DNA from: Candidatus Obscuribacterales bacterium
GTDB taxonomy: Bacteria > Cyanobacteriota > Vampirovibrionia > Obscuribacterales > Obscuribacteraceae
Direction: 5' to 3'
NCBI GenBank assembly: GCA_965228855.1
Contig: CBDDIJ010000003.1
Coordinates: 2,720,001-2,784,000 of the forward strand
Length of the DNA: 64,000 nucleotides
The notes beneath the pieces are model-generated. The model saw only the letters and a program-made list of their open reading frames with translations. It was not told the DNA's origin and searched no databases. Position numbers and translations under genes: made by a program. Shown here in pieces: positions 36,075 through 46,055 of this stretch. The stretch's first letter is position 1; every line of letters starts with the position of its first letter.

Positions 36075-36967
36075 AGCGCATATTGTTTGGTTGGATTCTC
36101 TGCCTCACCGCGGTGGGTGGTGTTATGGCAGGCGGTTTGCTTTTTTCCGTGCTGCTTGCCATCGGTTGCATTCTGGGTGGCAAAGAGTTCATCGCCATGG
36201 CGCAGGCGAAGGGATATAAACCATCGTCACGCATCGTCATTGGCATGATTATCGCCTTCGTCGTGCTGGCGTCTTTGCCGAAAATTCCAGGTATTCATCT
36301 GCCGGAGCCGTTTCCCCTCTCGCACTATCCAATTTTGCTCACTGTCGGAATCTGTATTTCATTTTTCCGCCTCGTCTTGCGAAGTGAAAAACCGCCCGCA
36401 ACAATCGCCGATATCGCCTCGACAATCCTGGGTTTCATCTATGTCGGTTGGATGCCAAGCCACTTGATTCTCCTGCGCAACCTCGCACCGGAAGGTCAGG
36501 CCTACATCTGGAATCCGCTACAGCAGCCCGGTTTGGCATACGTATGGGTAAGTCTTTTCATCATCTGGGCAACGGACGTTTTTGCCTATTACGTAGGCAA
36601 GAAGTTCGGCAAGAATCTGCTTATTCCTGAAATCAGTCCGAAGAAAACAGTCGAAGGCGCGCTTGGCGGACTGCTTTCCGCGATATTCTGGGCTACTGTC
36701 GTCGTGTACGTAGCCGACCACTATTGTTTTCCCAATGCGCCATTTCAGTTTAAGCTCTGGCAAGCTCCTCTCATGGGACTGTTTGTGTCAGCTGCATCTC
36801 AACTTGGCGACTTGTGTGAATCTTTGCTGAAACGTGACGCCGGCATGAAGGACTCGAGCAATTTGATCCCCGGGCACGGCGGATTCTTGGATCGCGGAGA
36901 CAGCCTTCTCTTTGGTGCCCCAATCTCGTACTACTGGATCAAGATGGTCGTGCTCGGAATTCTGTGA
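36071..36967 (+). CDS. cdsA: Phosphatidate cytidylyltransferase
   Basis: WATDVFAY..G, ISPKKTVEG, GDLCESLLKRDAGMKDSSNLIPGHGGFLDRGDS. Confidence 0.95.
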   Translation: MKRILFGWILCLTAVGGVMAGGLLFSVLLAIGCILGGKEFIAMAQAKGYKPSSRIVIGMIIAFVVLASLPKIPGIHLPEPFPLSHYPILLTVGICISFFRLVLRSEKPPATIADIASTILGFIYVGWMPSHLILLRNLAPEGQAYIWNPLQQPGLAYVWVSLFIIWATDVFAYYVGKKFGKNLLIPEISPKKTVEGALGGLLSAIFWATVVVYVADHYCFPNAPFQFKLWQAPLMGLFVSAASQLGDLCESLLKRDAGMKDSSNLIPGHGGFLDRGDSLLFGAPISYYWIKMVVLGIL

Positions 36968-37011
36968 GAACGTTTCCGCGCCGCTAAACGACTAAACGAC
37001 TAATTGTTTCC

Positions 37012-37047
37012 AAAACAAAAACTGCCGGAGCCATGAGGCGCCGGCAG
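37012..37047 (-). terminator. Rho-independent terminator downstream of tRNA-Ser (possibly bidirectional)
   Basis: Inverted repeat CTGCCGG (37022-37028) / CCGGCAG (37041-37047), followed on the minus strand by TTTTTGTTTT. Confidence 0.7.
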
Positions 37048-37055
37048 AATTTCTA

Positions 37056-37145
37056 CGGAGAGGGTGGGATTCGAACCCACGGTACAGCTTTTGACCGTAC
37101 AACTTCTTAGCAGGAAGCCGCTTTCGACCACTCAGCCACCTCTCC
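37056..37145 (-). tRNA. tRNA-Ser (anticodon GCT), long variable arm, CCA not encoded
   Basis: Minus strand reads GGAGAGGTGGCTGAGTGGTCGAAAGCGGCTTCCT-GCT-AAGAAGTTGTACGG...CTGTACCGTGGGTTCGAATCCCACCCTCTCCG, with acceptor stem, D-loop GG and TTCGAA T-loop. Confidence 0.96.
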
Positions 37146-37157
37146 GGGCAGACATAA

Positions 37158-37187
37158 AGTATATGATACCAGACTGGCTTTTGCCAA
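37158..37187 (-). promoter_or_regulatory. Candidate sigma70 promoter for tRNA-Ser
   Basis: TTGGCA-18nt-TATACT on the minus strand, just upstream of the tRNA 5' end. Confidence 0.35.
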
Positions 37188-37287
37188 AGGCAAGTTAAGC
37201 TACGCCTTTATAAATGTAGGCGCAATTCTCTTGAAAACAAGGTTGTAGAGAGCGTTCAAACCAACAAAATCATTTGCGACGCATAGA

Positions 37288-40200
37288 CTAAACGCTGGAG
37301 ATCTCGTCCAGAAGCTGAGTTAAGCGATCCTTTGTCGACTTCAAGCGCTTTGTGTTTTCCATGACAAGCTGAACGGACTCGAAATTGCCGCTTTGCATTG
37401 CCTCTACTCCCGCCTCTTGCAAAGTTTTCATTGCGCGGTCCAATTCACTGATGATTCCGGACAAGTTGCCGAGCGTGTGGCGCTGAGCATCTTCAACTAG
37501 TTTCGCAATATCCGAAGCATCCGCGGACGACAACGAAGCCGCTGGAGCAGCGCTCGGCATCGGCGGGGGCGAGAAAGGCGAGGGTGGAGGCGGTGGAGCA
37601 GCAAGTGCCCCCGGAGCGGTTACCGGCTCGGCAGGAGAATGCGGCGGCTCCGGATGCGTAGGTTTAAGCAAAGACTGCAGCGTGGGACGTTTTCCCTGTG
37701 CATCGGGAAGAGTGGTTGGCTCCTCCTGCGGCTCGGGCTCGTTTTCCATCCCAAAATCGACTTGCACTGCCGGAGCGCGATTCTCATCGCGAGGCGACGG
37801 AGGTGCAGCATCATGCAGAATGCTTTTACGAACCAGCCCAGCTAAACCGCGAGGCGCGGTCGGAGGGGGTTCCGCTGGTGCAGACGGCATCTGTGTATCA
37901 ACCTGTTCCGGCATCGGTGGAGCGTAGGGCTCCGGAGCCGGGGGAGGTTGAACCGCCAAAGGCGGGTGGTCACCGGTACTGGAAGACGACGTATCATCGG
38001 AACCGGAGGTATCGGCAACCGAGTCCGCTCCTACGTCGGCAGCAGCTGCTGTTTCAGATGATTCAGACACGTCGGAGGCAAATTCAGATGTTTCTTCGGC
38101 AGAATCTGGATCTGAAGTCGATTCAAAGTCTGACTCCGCCGTCGCTGGAACCTCTTCCTCAGCAGGCGGCTCGACCGCTTCCTCGAACTCGGAGTCGTCA
38201 TATGCAGCGGCTGATAGCTGTTTAGTCGGTGCAAACGGATCGTGCTGCAGGGTCTCCATTGTTTCCTCTGCAGAGGAAACAAGCTCCTCATCCGACTCCA
38301 ATCGAGGTGGAGGAGCAAAAGGCGACGGGTGAGGCAATTGAAGCTCGGCCGCAGGTTCAGGCTCAGATTGAGATTGCGATTGCCCCTCAGCTTCAGCTTG
38401 AGCCTCAGCCTCGGCTTGAGCTTCTAATGACTTCAACGAAGGCAAGTTTGTCTGAGACTTGCGTGTAACATCGCTAAGAGCAGGCTTTATCTCCGCGGCG
38501 TCCGGAGCCGGTTGCTGAGCTTTGGAAGCAGAAAGCGACAGAGAAGCCCATGGCGAGGGCGGCTCTTTGCCATCGTCCGCATTCTCACCCATCGATGGGT
38601 GCATGCCGGATTCCTCTGGCAAAAGCGCGGAATTTACACGCTCTCTTTCCTGTGGAGCGCCAAACAATGCGCCAGGTGGACGCAGCACGCCGGAAGCTTC
38701 TTGTTCTCCCGTTGAGGTTCCATAAGCTGCATTTTGCGAGCTCGAAACTGCTTGATTGTTTGTGCTCGAGACGGATTGAATCTGAGAACTTGAAACCGTC
38801 TGGTTATCACCGGTGGTCGTAGCAGAACTTGAAGCACCTGGACCGGAACCAAATGGGATGCTCGAACCGAAACCTCCCGGCGGTCCGCTCAGGAAGCCAG
38901 GCGGCGGCTGTAGAACACCAGGCGGGTTCGTACTGGATTGCGATGGGGCCGCTTGGGGTGGGAAGTTTGGCATTGAAGGTGGTGGCTGAAAACCACCTGG
39001 TGGTGTCGGAGCCAACCCTGGAGGCGCACTCGAAGCGCCGAAACCGGGAGGCGGCGCACCCATTCCTGCTGGATTGGCAAGGGCTCCGGGCGGCGGCGGC
39101 ATTCCCGCGGCTCCAGGAGGTGAGGGCATCCCCGCAGCTCCAGGCGGTGAAGGCATCCCGGCAGCTCCGGGCGGAGAGGGCATTCCTGCGGCTCCTGGCG
39201 GTGATGGCATCCCCGCAGCTCCAGGCGGCGAGGGGAATCCCGCGGCTCCAGGCGGCGAGGGCATTCCTGCCGCTCCGGGCGGTGAAGGCATTCCTGCAGC
39301 TCCAGGCGGCGAAGGCATTCCTGCGGCTCCAGGCGACGAAGGCATTCCTGCGGCTCCAGGCGACGAAGGCATTCCCATCGGTGCGCCGAGAGCACCGGGA
39401 GGCGTTGGTAGACCAGGGACGGGCGGCATCGCAGTCGCCCCCGGGGACGGCGGCATAGCAGTACTCCCGGGAGCAGTGAACGCGGCGAACGGGCGCGACT
39501 GTCCGGCTTGCGGAAGAGAAGTCGAGCTGTTCGTTGGACCATTGCCGGCTGCAGCTTCAGCACGCGCAGCCAAACGCGCCGGGCGATCCGTCACACCGAC
39601 GTTTGCCCGAGCCAGTGCCTGGGCATTCGCGCGGTCTGCTTCTTCTTGCTGAGCGGCTTCGGTCATCAATCGCTTCAGCTTTTGCGAGCGAGACTCCTTC
39701 GGTGGACCGCTTTCATGAGAAAACTCGTTTTGCCCCTCCAAAAAACTCTCGAACGAGCGATCGACCACAACTTCTTCCTCAACGACTTGATCGGAGGTAG
39801 CGTGATGGAATTTCTCATCCGGGGCGGCTTCGTTATTGGCGATTCTCACCAGCTGAGTAATAAGACGTCGAGCAAGTTTTGGAATCTCCCGAGAAGACAG
39901 GAGCTTCCCGTTGAGCGCCCATGCAATATCATCGCTCCGGGTGGGATGACGTTTGATTTCGATGTACGGCTCATAGTCTTCACTGGGGGAGAAACCGACC
40001 AAGAGTTCGGTGGGAATGAAGTATCCATCAGCCTCAAGCTCTTCAGCCCACAGGAAAAATGTCCACTGACGGGAGGCGAGGTGACCGCGCATGAAGCGTG
40101 TCTTCTTCATGTACTCGACTTTCTCATGCCAGCTGGACGGACGCTCCACACTGATCTTCATATCCGGATCTTCGGAGACTTTATTGAGTTCGTAGCTGTA

Positions 40201-40491
40201 GCGCTGAAGGTGGTCGAAAAGTAGATCGAGCAAAGCCGGCATGGACAGCTGTGAATCATCGACCAGACTGCCGCTTGCTATCGCTTCCTCCGCAGATGTC
40301 GGATTTTCTTCGAGGTGAGTCAACCATCGCGAAGTCTCCTCGCCGGTATATTTACCTCCCATACCGCTTAAAATTCTCTGCTTCGATTCGAGAATTCGCC
40401 GCTTCAGATCTGGCTTTTCCGGAGGAGCACTCGGGGTGCTTCCAAGCTGCGGCAGTGGGTTGGGGTGTCGGTTTTCTTCATCGTCGCGCAT
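37288..40491 (-). CDS. Proline-rich, largely disordered protein with N-terminal globular domain and C-terminal coiled coil
   Basis: 1067-aa ORF. aa ~80-230 look globular; long Pro/Ser/Ala/Glu-rich middle; amphipathic helical C-terminus (ISELDRAMKTLQEAG...LTQLLDEISSV). Confidence 0.75.
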   Translation of the reverse strand: MRDDEENRHPNPLPQLGSTPSAPPEKPDLKRRILESKQRILSGMGGKYTGEETSRWLTHLEENPTSAEEAIASGSLVDDSQLSMPALLDLLFDHLQRYSYELNKVSEDPDMKISVERPSSWHEKVEYMKKTRFMRGHLASRQWTFFLWAEELEADGYFIPTELLVGFSPSEDYEPYIEIKRHPTRSDDIAWALNGKLLSSREIPKLARRLITQLVRIANNEAAPDEKFHHATSDQVVEEEVVVDRSFESFLEGQNEFSHESGPPKESRSQKLKRLMTEAAQQEEADRANAQALARANVGVTDRPARLAARAEAAAGNGPTNSSTSLPQAGQSRPFAAFTAPGSTAMPPSPGATAMPPVPGLPTPPGALGAPMGMPSSPGAAGMPSSPGAAGMPSPPGAAGMPSPPGAAGMPSPPGAAGFPSPPGAAGMPSPPGAAGMPSPPGAAGMPSPPGAAGMPSPPGAAGMPPPPGALANPAGMGAPPPGFGASSAPPGLAPTPPGGFQPPPSMPNFPPQAAPSQSSTNPPGVLQPPPGFLSGPPGGFGSSIPFGSGPGASSSATTTGDNQTVSSSQIQSVSSTNNQAVSSSQNAAYGTSTGEQEASGVLRPPGALFGAPQERERVNSALLPEESGMHPSMGENADDGKEPPSPWASLSLSASKAQQPAPDAAEIKPALSDVTRKSQTNLPSLKSLEAQAEAEAQAEAEGQSQSQSEPEPAAELQLPHPSPFAPPPRLESDEELVSSAEETMETLQHDPFAPTKQLSAAAYDDSEFEEAVEPPAEEEVPATAESDFESTSDPDSAEETSEFASDVSESSETAAAADVGADSVADTSGSDDTSSSSTGDHPPLAVQPPPAPEPYAPPMPEQVDTQMPSAPAEPPPTAPRGLAGLVRKSILHDAAPPSPRDENRAPAVQVDFGMENEPEPQEEPTTLPDAQGKRPTLQSLLKPTHPEPPHSPAEPVTAPGALAAPPPPPSPFSPPPMPSAAPAASLSSADASDIAKLVEDAQRHTLGNLSGIISELDRAMKTLQEAGVEAMQSGNFESVQLVMENTKRLKSTKDRLTQLLDEISSV
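39080..39376 (-). repeat. 11 x 27-bp coding tandem repeat encoding GMPSPPGAA
   Basis: Counted in the translation: GMPSSPGAA x2, GMPSPPGAA x7, GFPSPPGAA, GMPPPPGAL. Synonymous variation between units. Confidence 0.92.
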
Positions 40492-40517
40492 TCTTAGCGG
40501 TTCCTTTTCTGTGTTTC

Positions 40518-41168
40518 CTATTTTTTGCGAAGTCTCACAAGGTAAAAACTTTTCTCAATCTCAGCAAATTCCACGAACAAATTGGTTTCTGCGCATAACG
40601 CCTCCAGTTCAGCTTCTCCGGGCAAACGATGAGGGACAATGTGCGGTTCGTTGCGATGCAAGGAATCAACGAAACCGAATCCCAGTGGATGACTGATAAC
40701 AATCTGCCCTTTCCCGCTCAGCAAACGAGCAGCTGCCGCCAACGATTCCTGCTGATCCCACATATTCCCGAAACAGGCATTGAAGAAAACAGCATCGAAT
40801 AACTCTATATGAACTGGAAATTCCGCTGGCAACGGAAGACTTAAACTCGCAATGTCGCCCTGATAGAAACAAACATTCGGAAATCGGCTCCTGGCAATGG
40901 TCAACATCTCGTTGGACAGATCGACTCCGACGATGTTTTCCGGCTTAACACCGGATTCCAGAAAGTGACCAACAAGCGCACCGGCGCCTGTTGCCACGTC
41001 TAAAACTGTCGATTGCGGTCCGAGATTGGCACTGGCAACAATTTTGCGCGTCTGTTTCAAAATCGAATCTGGAATAGGCTGCGCAAAGAAATTCGCGCGC
41101 TCATCGAAATAATCGCGCTGGGTTTCGATATAAGGTTCTTTATCCCCAGCAGGCTGCGTCTTGGCCAT
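40518..41168 (-). CDS. Class I SAM-dependent methyltransferase
   Basis: VLDVATGAG, GVDLSNEML, FDAVFFNACF, IVISHP. Confidence 0.85.
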   Translation of the reverse strand: MAKTQPAGDKEPYIETQRDYFDERANFFAQPIPDSILKQTRKIVASANLGPQSTVLDVATGAGALVGHFLESGVKPENIVGVDLSNEMLTIARSRFPNVCFYQGDIASLSLPLPAEFPVHIELFDAVFFNACFGNMWDQQESLAAAARLLSGKGQIVISHPLGFGFVDSLHRNEPHIVPHRLPGEAELEALCAETNLFVEFAEIEKSFYLVRLRKK

Positions 41169-41304
41169 TGCAGCAGAAGTCCTCCAGTTTTTGGCGATAC
41201 AATGAGGAGGTAATCGACTCTCTAATTATTCCTCTCAGATAGCAGAAATTACTGCTGCAAGAAGAAAAGCAAAAGTATACAGACAGTTAGTTTGACGCGA
41301 TAAG

Positions 41305-42354
41305 TTGGTAGCAATGGCTGGAAAAGACCAGAGCGAAAAACAAAAATCAAAAATTCGTCTCAAGGTCGACGCGACTGAGAGTGACAAAGAACGCGCCGCG
41401 AAAGAACGACTGAAGCAGCTAGAGAAAGAAGTGTTGCTGGAGAACGCAGCAAAGGGCGGCTCAGCAAGCGCTCTTTCGAGTGCTCAGATCGAGTCGATAA
41501 CGGCGGCACCACTTTCAGCGGAAACTCCGGCACTCGTCAAAGACGAAAAGCTCAGGCGCGAAACAGCCGAGACAATCTTCGCGACCCACTCGCACTCGAA
41601 GAAACTTGTGCTGTTCTGGGGCGTTCTAATCGCCAGCCTGGTGCTGTCAAAAATTCCGGGCGCAGAAATTTTCTTCACACCGCTAAACCAATTCACAACC
41701 CTCGTGCACGAGATGGGCCACGCAATAGCGGCCGTGCTTGCCGGCGGACATGTTGCAAGTCTTACGATTGTTGCTGATGGTCAAGGGCACGGCGGTTTAA
41801 CTCAGTCGTATGGTGGAATCCCATTTTTCACCACCCAGGCAGGTTACTTAGGCACGGCTGTATTCGGATGCTTTCTTGTTTGGCTCAGCCAGTTTCACAA
41901 ACTCTCAAAAGGCATCTTGGTAGGCATAGGCTCAATCATCGCGATCGCTTCGGTGTTTTTCATCGCTCCTGGTTTGCTGAGCATCAACTTTATGCAGGGA
42001 TTTTTCAGCTTGCTCTGGGCATTAGCCATGGCGGGCGCCGCAATATATGCGGGTTTGAAACTCAAAGATTCCAATGCCAATATCGTAGTGATGTTCCTGG
42101 CGGTTTACACGGCGATGGATAGTTTGCGAGCCATAAGTATCATCATCACGGCAACGCTTTTAGGCTCCGCTGTTACTTCCGATGCGACACACATGGAGCA
42201 GCTTTTTATCCTTCCTGCATTTTTCTGGGCCATACTTTGGGCGACACTATCGGCGGTGATGCTCGCGACAACGGTATGGTTTACTTACGGGGTTAAGAAC
42301 GTGAAGGCGCCGAAAAAGATTTCGGCTTTCTCGCTTATGAAACCGAAGAAGTAA
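41305..42354 (+). CDS. M50B-like membrane metallopeptidase
   Basis: LVHEMGHA zinc motif, AGYLG, multiple TMs, SDA motif. The start is probably ATG 41314. Confidence 0.85.
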   Translation: MVAMAGKDQSEKQKSKIRLKVDATESDKERAAKERLKQLEKEVLLENAAKGGSASALSSAQIESITAAPLSAETPALVKDEKLRRETAETIFATHSHSKKLVLFWGVLIASLVLSKIPGAEIFFTPLNQFTTLVHEMGHAIAAVLAGGHVASLTIVADGQGHGGLTQSYGGIPFFTTQAGYLGTAVFGCFLVWLSQFHKLSKGILVGIGSIIAIASVFFIAPGLLSINFMQGFFSLLWALAMAGAAIYAGLKLKDSNANIVVMFLAVYTAMDSLRAISIIITATLLGSAVTSDATHMEQLFILPAFFWAILWATLSAVMLATTVWFTYGVKNVKAPKKISAFSLMKPKK

Positions 42355-42366
42355 GCCCGTTTCGCC

Positions 42367-44463
42367 TCACAGTTTCGAGAATGAGCCGAGAATTTTTTCT
42401 TTGAGCACTTTGTCAAAGTATTCGGCTGACATCTTCCGACCAGGCACCAATTGTAGTGCCGCTAAACCCTCACCACGATTATAGTAGATCACCGCGCCCT
42501 TAGGGCTCAAGCGGGTTTTTGGATTCGGGTAACTGATTACTTGAACGAAACCAGAGAGATCATTGTTTACCCCGAAGTTTTCAACACGAACTAACTCGCC
42601 GACCAGGGCGTTTGTGTTTTCGCTCTGAAAGTTCTTGACCAGGAAAGCGGCTAATTGCGTAACTTCGGTTGCCCGCTTATCGTACAGCGCGATTTCAAAA
42701 ATGCGCCCCTCGGACTCTTTCCACGGCGGCTCCGTAGAAAGCTCCTCTGAATAGGTGTTTTCATCGAACTTCCAACCTTCCAGGTCGAGTAGCCCATGCT
42801 TGCATGGTGAAAGATCATCAAAAGGAACCTCAGCTACATGTTTAGTGGCTCCATCGCTCGGTTGATATGGCACAGGTCCTTCAAGTGGCGCCTCATCCGC
42901 CTCTGCTCGACTAACACCGACGGCAGAAGCCAAGTTCGGGCGGTCCTCCAAATCAGTCTTGGTCTGAGCATTTTCATCAGAGGTCGGAACCTGTTCGCCA
43001 TCAATATGCTTTTCGCTTTCTGGTTGCGAAACTTGATCGATCACTTGCGCGTCGTGGTTACGAGAAGAGATCATGTAAAACATGGCACCAGCACCAACGA
43101 GTCCAAGGATTAGCAGAACAATACTAAATTGCATCACCGGCTTGCGGAAGAAGCTTTTGCTCTCAGTAGTCTCAGATAGGTGCTCCGAAGATCCGGTTTG
43201 ACTCTCCTGTCTCTGCGGATTTCCTGAGCCTGACTGCGTCTTCGATGCAGACCGAAGAGACGGATCGGAAAGCAATGCCTCCGCCTCGGTTTCACTCATA
43301 TCGATATTGCCACTGCCTGTGGTGTGGTTGGAGCGAAAACCGCGTGTACCTGTTGTCTGTACTTCCCGTTTCTTAGGATGCGCTTCACCAGGCTTCTTAA
43401 CTACAGGTGCGGATTTCCCTTTTGAATTATCGGTCTGTTTCGTCTCGTGCGTGGCACCATCCTCGGTATCAGGTTGCGCACCAGGCAAGTCAGTGACAGG
43501 CAAGCCGCCGGCTTTGAGCAACGCCTTGCGAAACTCATTCATAGTTCGGTATCGAGACTCAGGATCTTTTGCAAGTGCCTTGATAACACAAATTTCCAAT
43601 GCTTGCGGAACAGTATGGTCGGGTTTGACAAACATGAAAGCGCGCGGCAGTTCCTGCATCTGGCGCATCATTGTTTCTACCGGGGTGTTGCCTTGAATGG
43701 GAGGAACACCTGTCAGGACCTGGTAGAGCACACAGCCCAGCGCATAGATATCAGTGCGCTCGTCAGCCCGCTTCGACAGACATTGTTCAGGACTCATGTA
43801 CAGGGGACTTCCGAAGACCTGTCCGGTGCCCGTTAGCTTGCTGACTGTCGAGCCGTCGGCGGCAAGCAGTTTCGCAATTCCAAAGTCTACGATAATCGGA
43901 AGCTCATCGCCGTTTGGACCTCTAGAGATAATGATATTGCCGGGTTTGATATCGCGGTGAATGACACCGCGTTGATGAGCATGAAACAGACCGTCGCAAA
44001 GCTGGGCGAAGAGCGGAACGGCACGCTCAGGCGAGAGGTGTCCTTCCGCTTTCAAGACATCACCCAGGTCTTTGCCTTCCAGGTATTCCATGGTGAGAAA
44101 GGGGACATCGTCGCTCAGGAGCCCGAAATCAAGGACCCTGACGACGTTTACGTGGCGAAGGGTGGCAACCGCTTTTGACTCCTGCTGAAACCTTTGAAGC
44201 GCATCGCCATCTGAAATCAGCTCCGTTCGCAGCATCTTGAGAGCCTCGAAGCGCTGCATGAACAGGTGGCGCACCTTATAGACGATGCTCATGCCGCCTC
44301 GCCCGAGCAGTTCGAGGACTTCGTATTTATCCGCCAGCGTTTTCCCGACGTAAGGGTCGGCGGCAATCGTGCTCAGTTTAGAGCCGTCCTCGGGGCAAAT
44401 TTCTTCACCAGCCGACGCGACAAAGCCGCATCTAAAGCAGAATCTATGACCTGTGGTCTGCAT
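42367..44463 (-). CDS. Hanks-type Ser/Thr protein kinase, single TM, extracytoplasmic C-terminal domain
   Basis: N-terminal CFRC..CPED zinc-ribbon-like motif, LGRGGMSIVY, ALK, HRDIKPGN, DFGIAK, GSPLYMSPEQ, DIYALG; TM FSIVLLILGLVGAGAMFYMI. Confidence 0.93.
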   Translation of the reverse strand: MQTTGHRFCFRCGFVASAGEEICPEDGSKLSTIAADPYVGKTLADKYEVLELLGRGGMSIVYKVRHLFMQRFEALKMLRTELISDGDALQRFQQESKAVATLRHVNVVRVLDFGLLSDDVPFLTMEYLEGKDLGDVLKAEGHLSPERAVPLFAQLCDGLFHAHQRGVIHRDIKPGNIIISRGPNGDELPIIVDFGIAKLLAADGSTVSKLTGTGQVFGSPLYMSPEQCLSKRADERTDIYALGCVLYQVLTGVPPIQGNTPVETMMRQMQELPRAFMFVKPDHTVPQALEICVIKALAKDPESRYRTMNEFRKALLKAGGLPVTDLPGAQPDTEDGATHETKQTDNSKGKSAPVVKKPGEAHPKKREVQTTGTRGFRSNHTTGSGNIDMSETEAEALLSDPSLRSASKTQSGSGNPQRQESQTGSSEHLSETTESKSFFRKPVMQFSIVLLILGLVGAGAMFYMISSRNHDAQVIDQVSQPESEKHIDGEQVPTSDENAQTKTDLEDRPNLASAVGVSRAEADEAPLEGPVPYQPSDGATKHVAEVPFDDLSPCKHGLLDLEGWKFDENTYSEELSTEPPWKESEGRIFEIALYDKRATEVTQLAAFLVKNFQSENTNALVGELVRVENFGVNNDLSGFVQVISYPNPKTRLSPKGAVIYYNRGEGLAALQLVPGRKMSAEYFDKVLKEKILGSFSKL

Positions 44464-44717
44464 ATGAGAGGGAGAACAGTTCGGTTGTACCAGCCAACCC
44501 TGCGATCATGACAGAAATCGGCAGCCTCTACCACTGGCAAAATGGTGAAAGCAAAAACAGAGCTTTTTTCTTAAGCCTTACAGGAAGAGCATTTAAGTTC
44601 TTTTACTTACATGCGTCCGTCACACATTGCAAAATGCTTTCAGAGTACAATTCTCGTTACCGTCCACAGAGGCTGGATCGCGGACGCTTGAATGCGACGA
44701 ATGCGACTGGAGGAAAA

Positions 44718-46022
44718 ATGACCACCGCAGAAAAAATGGGTGCTACCATCGATCACGAAGAAGACAGGAACGAATGGGACACCGAAGACTTCAAAATGGC
44801 GCAGAGTTTTCTTGATAAAACGACCCGCTGGATGAAGTTGGACGAGAACGTGCTTTTGCCGCTCAGAAACCCCAAGCGGGCTATGACAGTCATGGTTCCG
44901 GTCAGACGGGACGACGATTCAGTCAGCTCTTACATCGGTTATCGCGTTCATCACGACCTGGCGATGGGACCCGGTCTGGGCGGTGTCAGATTCAGCGCCG
45001 GGCTGAGCATGGGCGAAGTCGCCGCCATGGCCATGCGTATGACCTGGAAATGCGCTTTGATGAACCTTCCATTCGGTGGAGCTCACGGCGGGCTGAGAAT
45101 AGACCCGCGTATTCATTCCCAGAACGAATTGGAAAGAGCAACCCGGAGATACTGCTCAGAAATCATTGAACTGATCGGTCCCAACGCCGATATTCAAACT
45201 CCGGACCTGAATACGAACGAGCAAACCATGGCGTGGATTCTCGATACGTTCAGCGTTAACGTCGGAAACACTATTCCTTCAATCGTTACCGGCAAGCCCA
45301 AGTCGATCGGTGGCTCGCTGAGTTCCGCTCATGCCACCGGATACGGTGTCGCCCTCGTCACACGCAGTGTGATGAGACATAACAACCTTGACAAAAAGAC
45401 ACCGAAAGTCGTCATACAGGGTTTCGGCCAGGTCGGTTCTGCCGTAGCCCGCAGCCTTCACGCCATGGGATACGAAATCATTGCCGTCTCAGACAGCCAG
45501 GGGGGCATCTACAACCGTGACGGGCTGGACATTAATGCCATTGCGGACCACAAAGCGAAGACCGGCTCAGTGAAGGGATTCAAGGGTGCTCAAGCAGTTT
45601 CGAACGCAGATCTACTGCAGCTCGAATGCGACATTCTAGCGCCATGCGCTGTAAGAAACCAGATCAACGCGGACAATGCCGGCTCCATCAAGTGCAAAGT
45701 TCTTGTCGAGGGAGCAAACGGCCCGGTCACTCCGGACGCCGACGAGATTTTAGAGAAACAAGGCATCATCGTGGTGCCGGATATTCTTACGAACGGTACC
45801 GGAGTCACGGTCGGTTACTTCGAGTGGGTGCAAGGTTTGATGCGCCTGCTCTGGACGGAAGACGAAGTCTATGCTCGTCTGGAAGAACTGGTCGACCGAG
45901 TCACTCATAAAGTGTTTAAAACTTCCGAACAGTACGGCGGATGCTCGTTGAGAATGGCCGCAATGCGAATCGCCATCGACCGAGTGGTAGAGGCTCGTTG
46001 GCTCCGCGGTCTTTATCCGTAG
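44718..46022 (+). CDS. Glu/Leu/Phe/Val dehydrogenase family protein with substituted catalytic lysines (possible regulatory subunit)
   Basis: GDH fold motifs (YRVHH, MTWKCA, TGKP, IQGFGQVG, EGANGP, VPDIL, YFEWVQ, RGLYP), but GPGLGG and GGAHGG replace GPxKGG and GGxKGG. ATG 44718 follows GGAGG. Confidence 0.85.
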   Translation: MTTAEKMGATIDHEEDRNEWDTEDFKMAQSFLDKTTRWMKLDENVLLPLRNPKRAMTVMVPVRRDDDSVSSYIGYRVHHDLAMGPGLGGVRFSAGLSMGEVAAMAMRMTWKCALMNLPFGGAHGGLRIDPRIHSQNELERATRRYCSEIIELIGPNADIQTPDLNTNEQTMAWILDTFSVNVGNTIPSIVTGKPKSIGGSLSSAHATGYGVALVTRSVMRHNNLDKKTPKVVIQGFGQVGSAVARSLHAMGYEIIAVSDSQGGIYNRDGLDINAIADHKAKTGSVKGFKGAQAVSNADLLQLECDILAPCAVRNQINADNAGSIKCKVLVEGANGPVTPDADEILEKQGIIVVPDILTNGTGVTVGYFEWVQGLMRLLWTEDEVYARLEELVDRVTHKVFKTSEQYGGCSLRMAAMRIAIDRVVEARWLRGLYP

Positions 46023-46055
46023 AACGATACGAACTCCGCTCGTTCAAGACCTCAA

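Noticed and set aside
37056..37145. tRNA-Ser as an integration site for an island
   Set aside because: No integrase nearby and no duplicated tRNA 3' end noticed; flanking genes look like core genes.
39074..39652. Plus-strand ORF with AAPGGEGIP repeats (collagen-like or CRISPR-like appearance)
   Set aside because: Antisense reading of the 27-bp coding repeat. Units are contiguous with no unique spacers and no cas genes, so this is not CRISPR.
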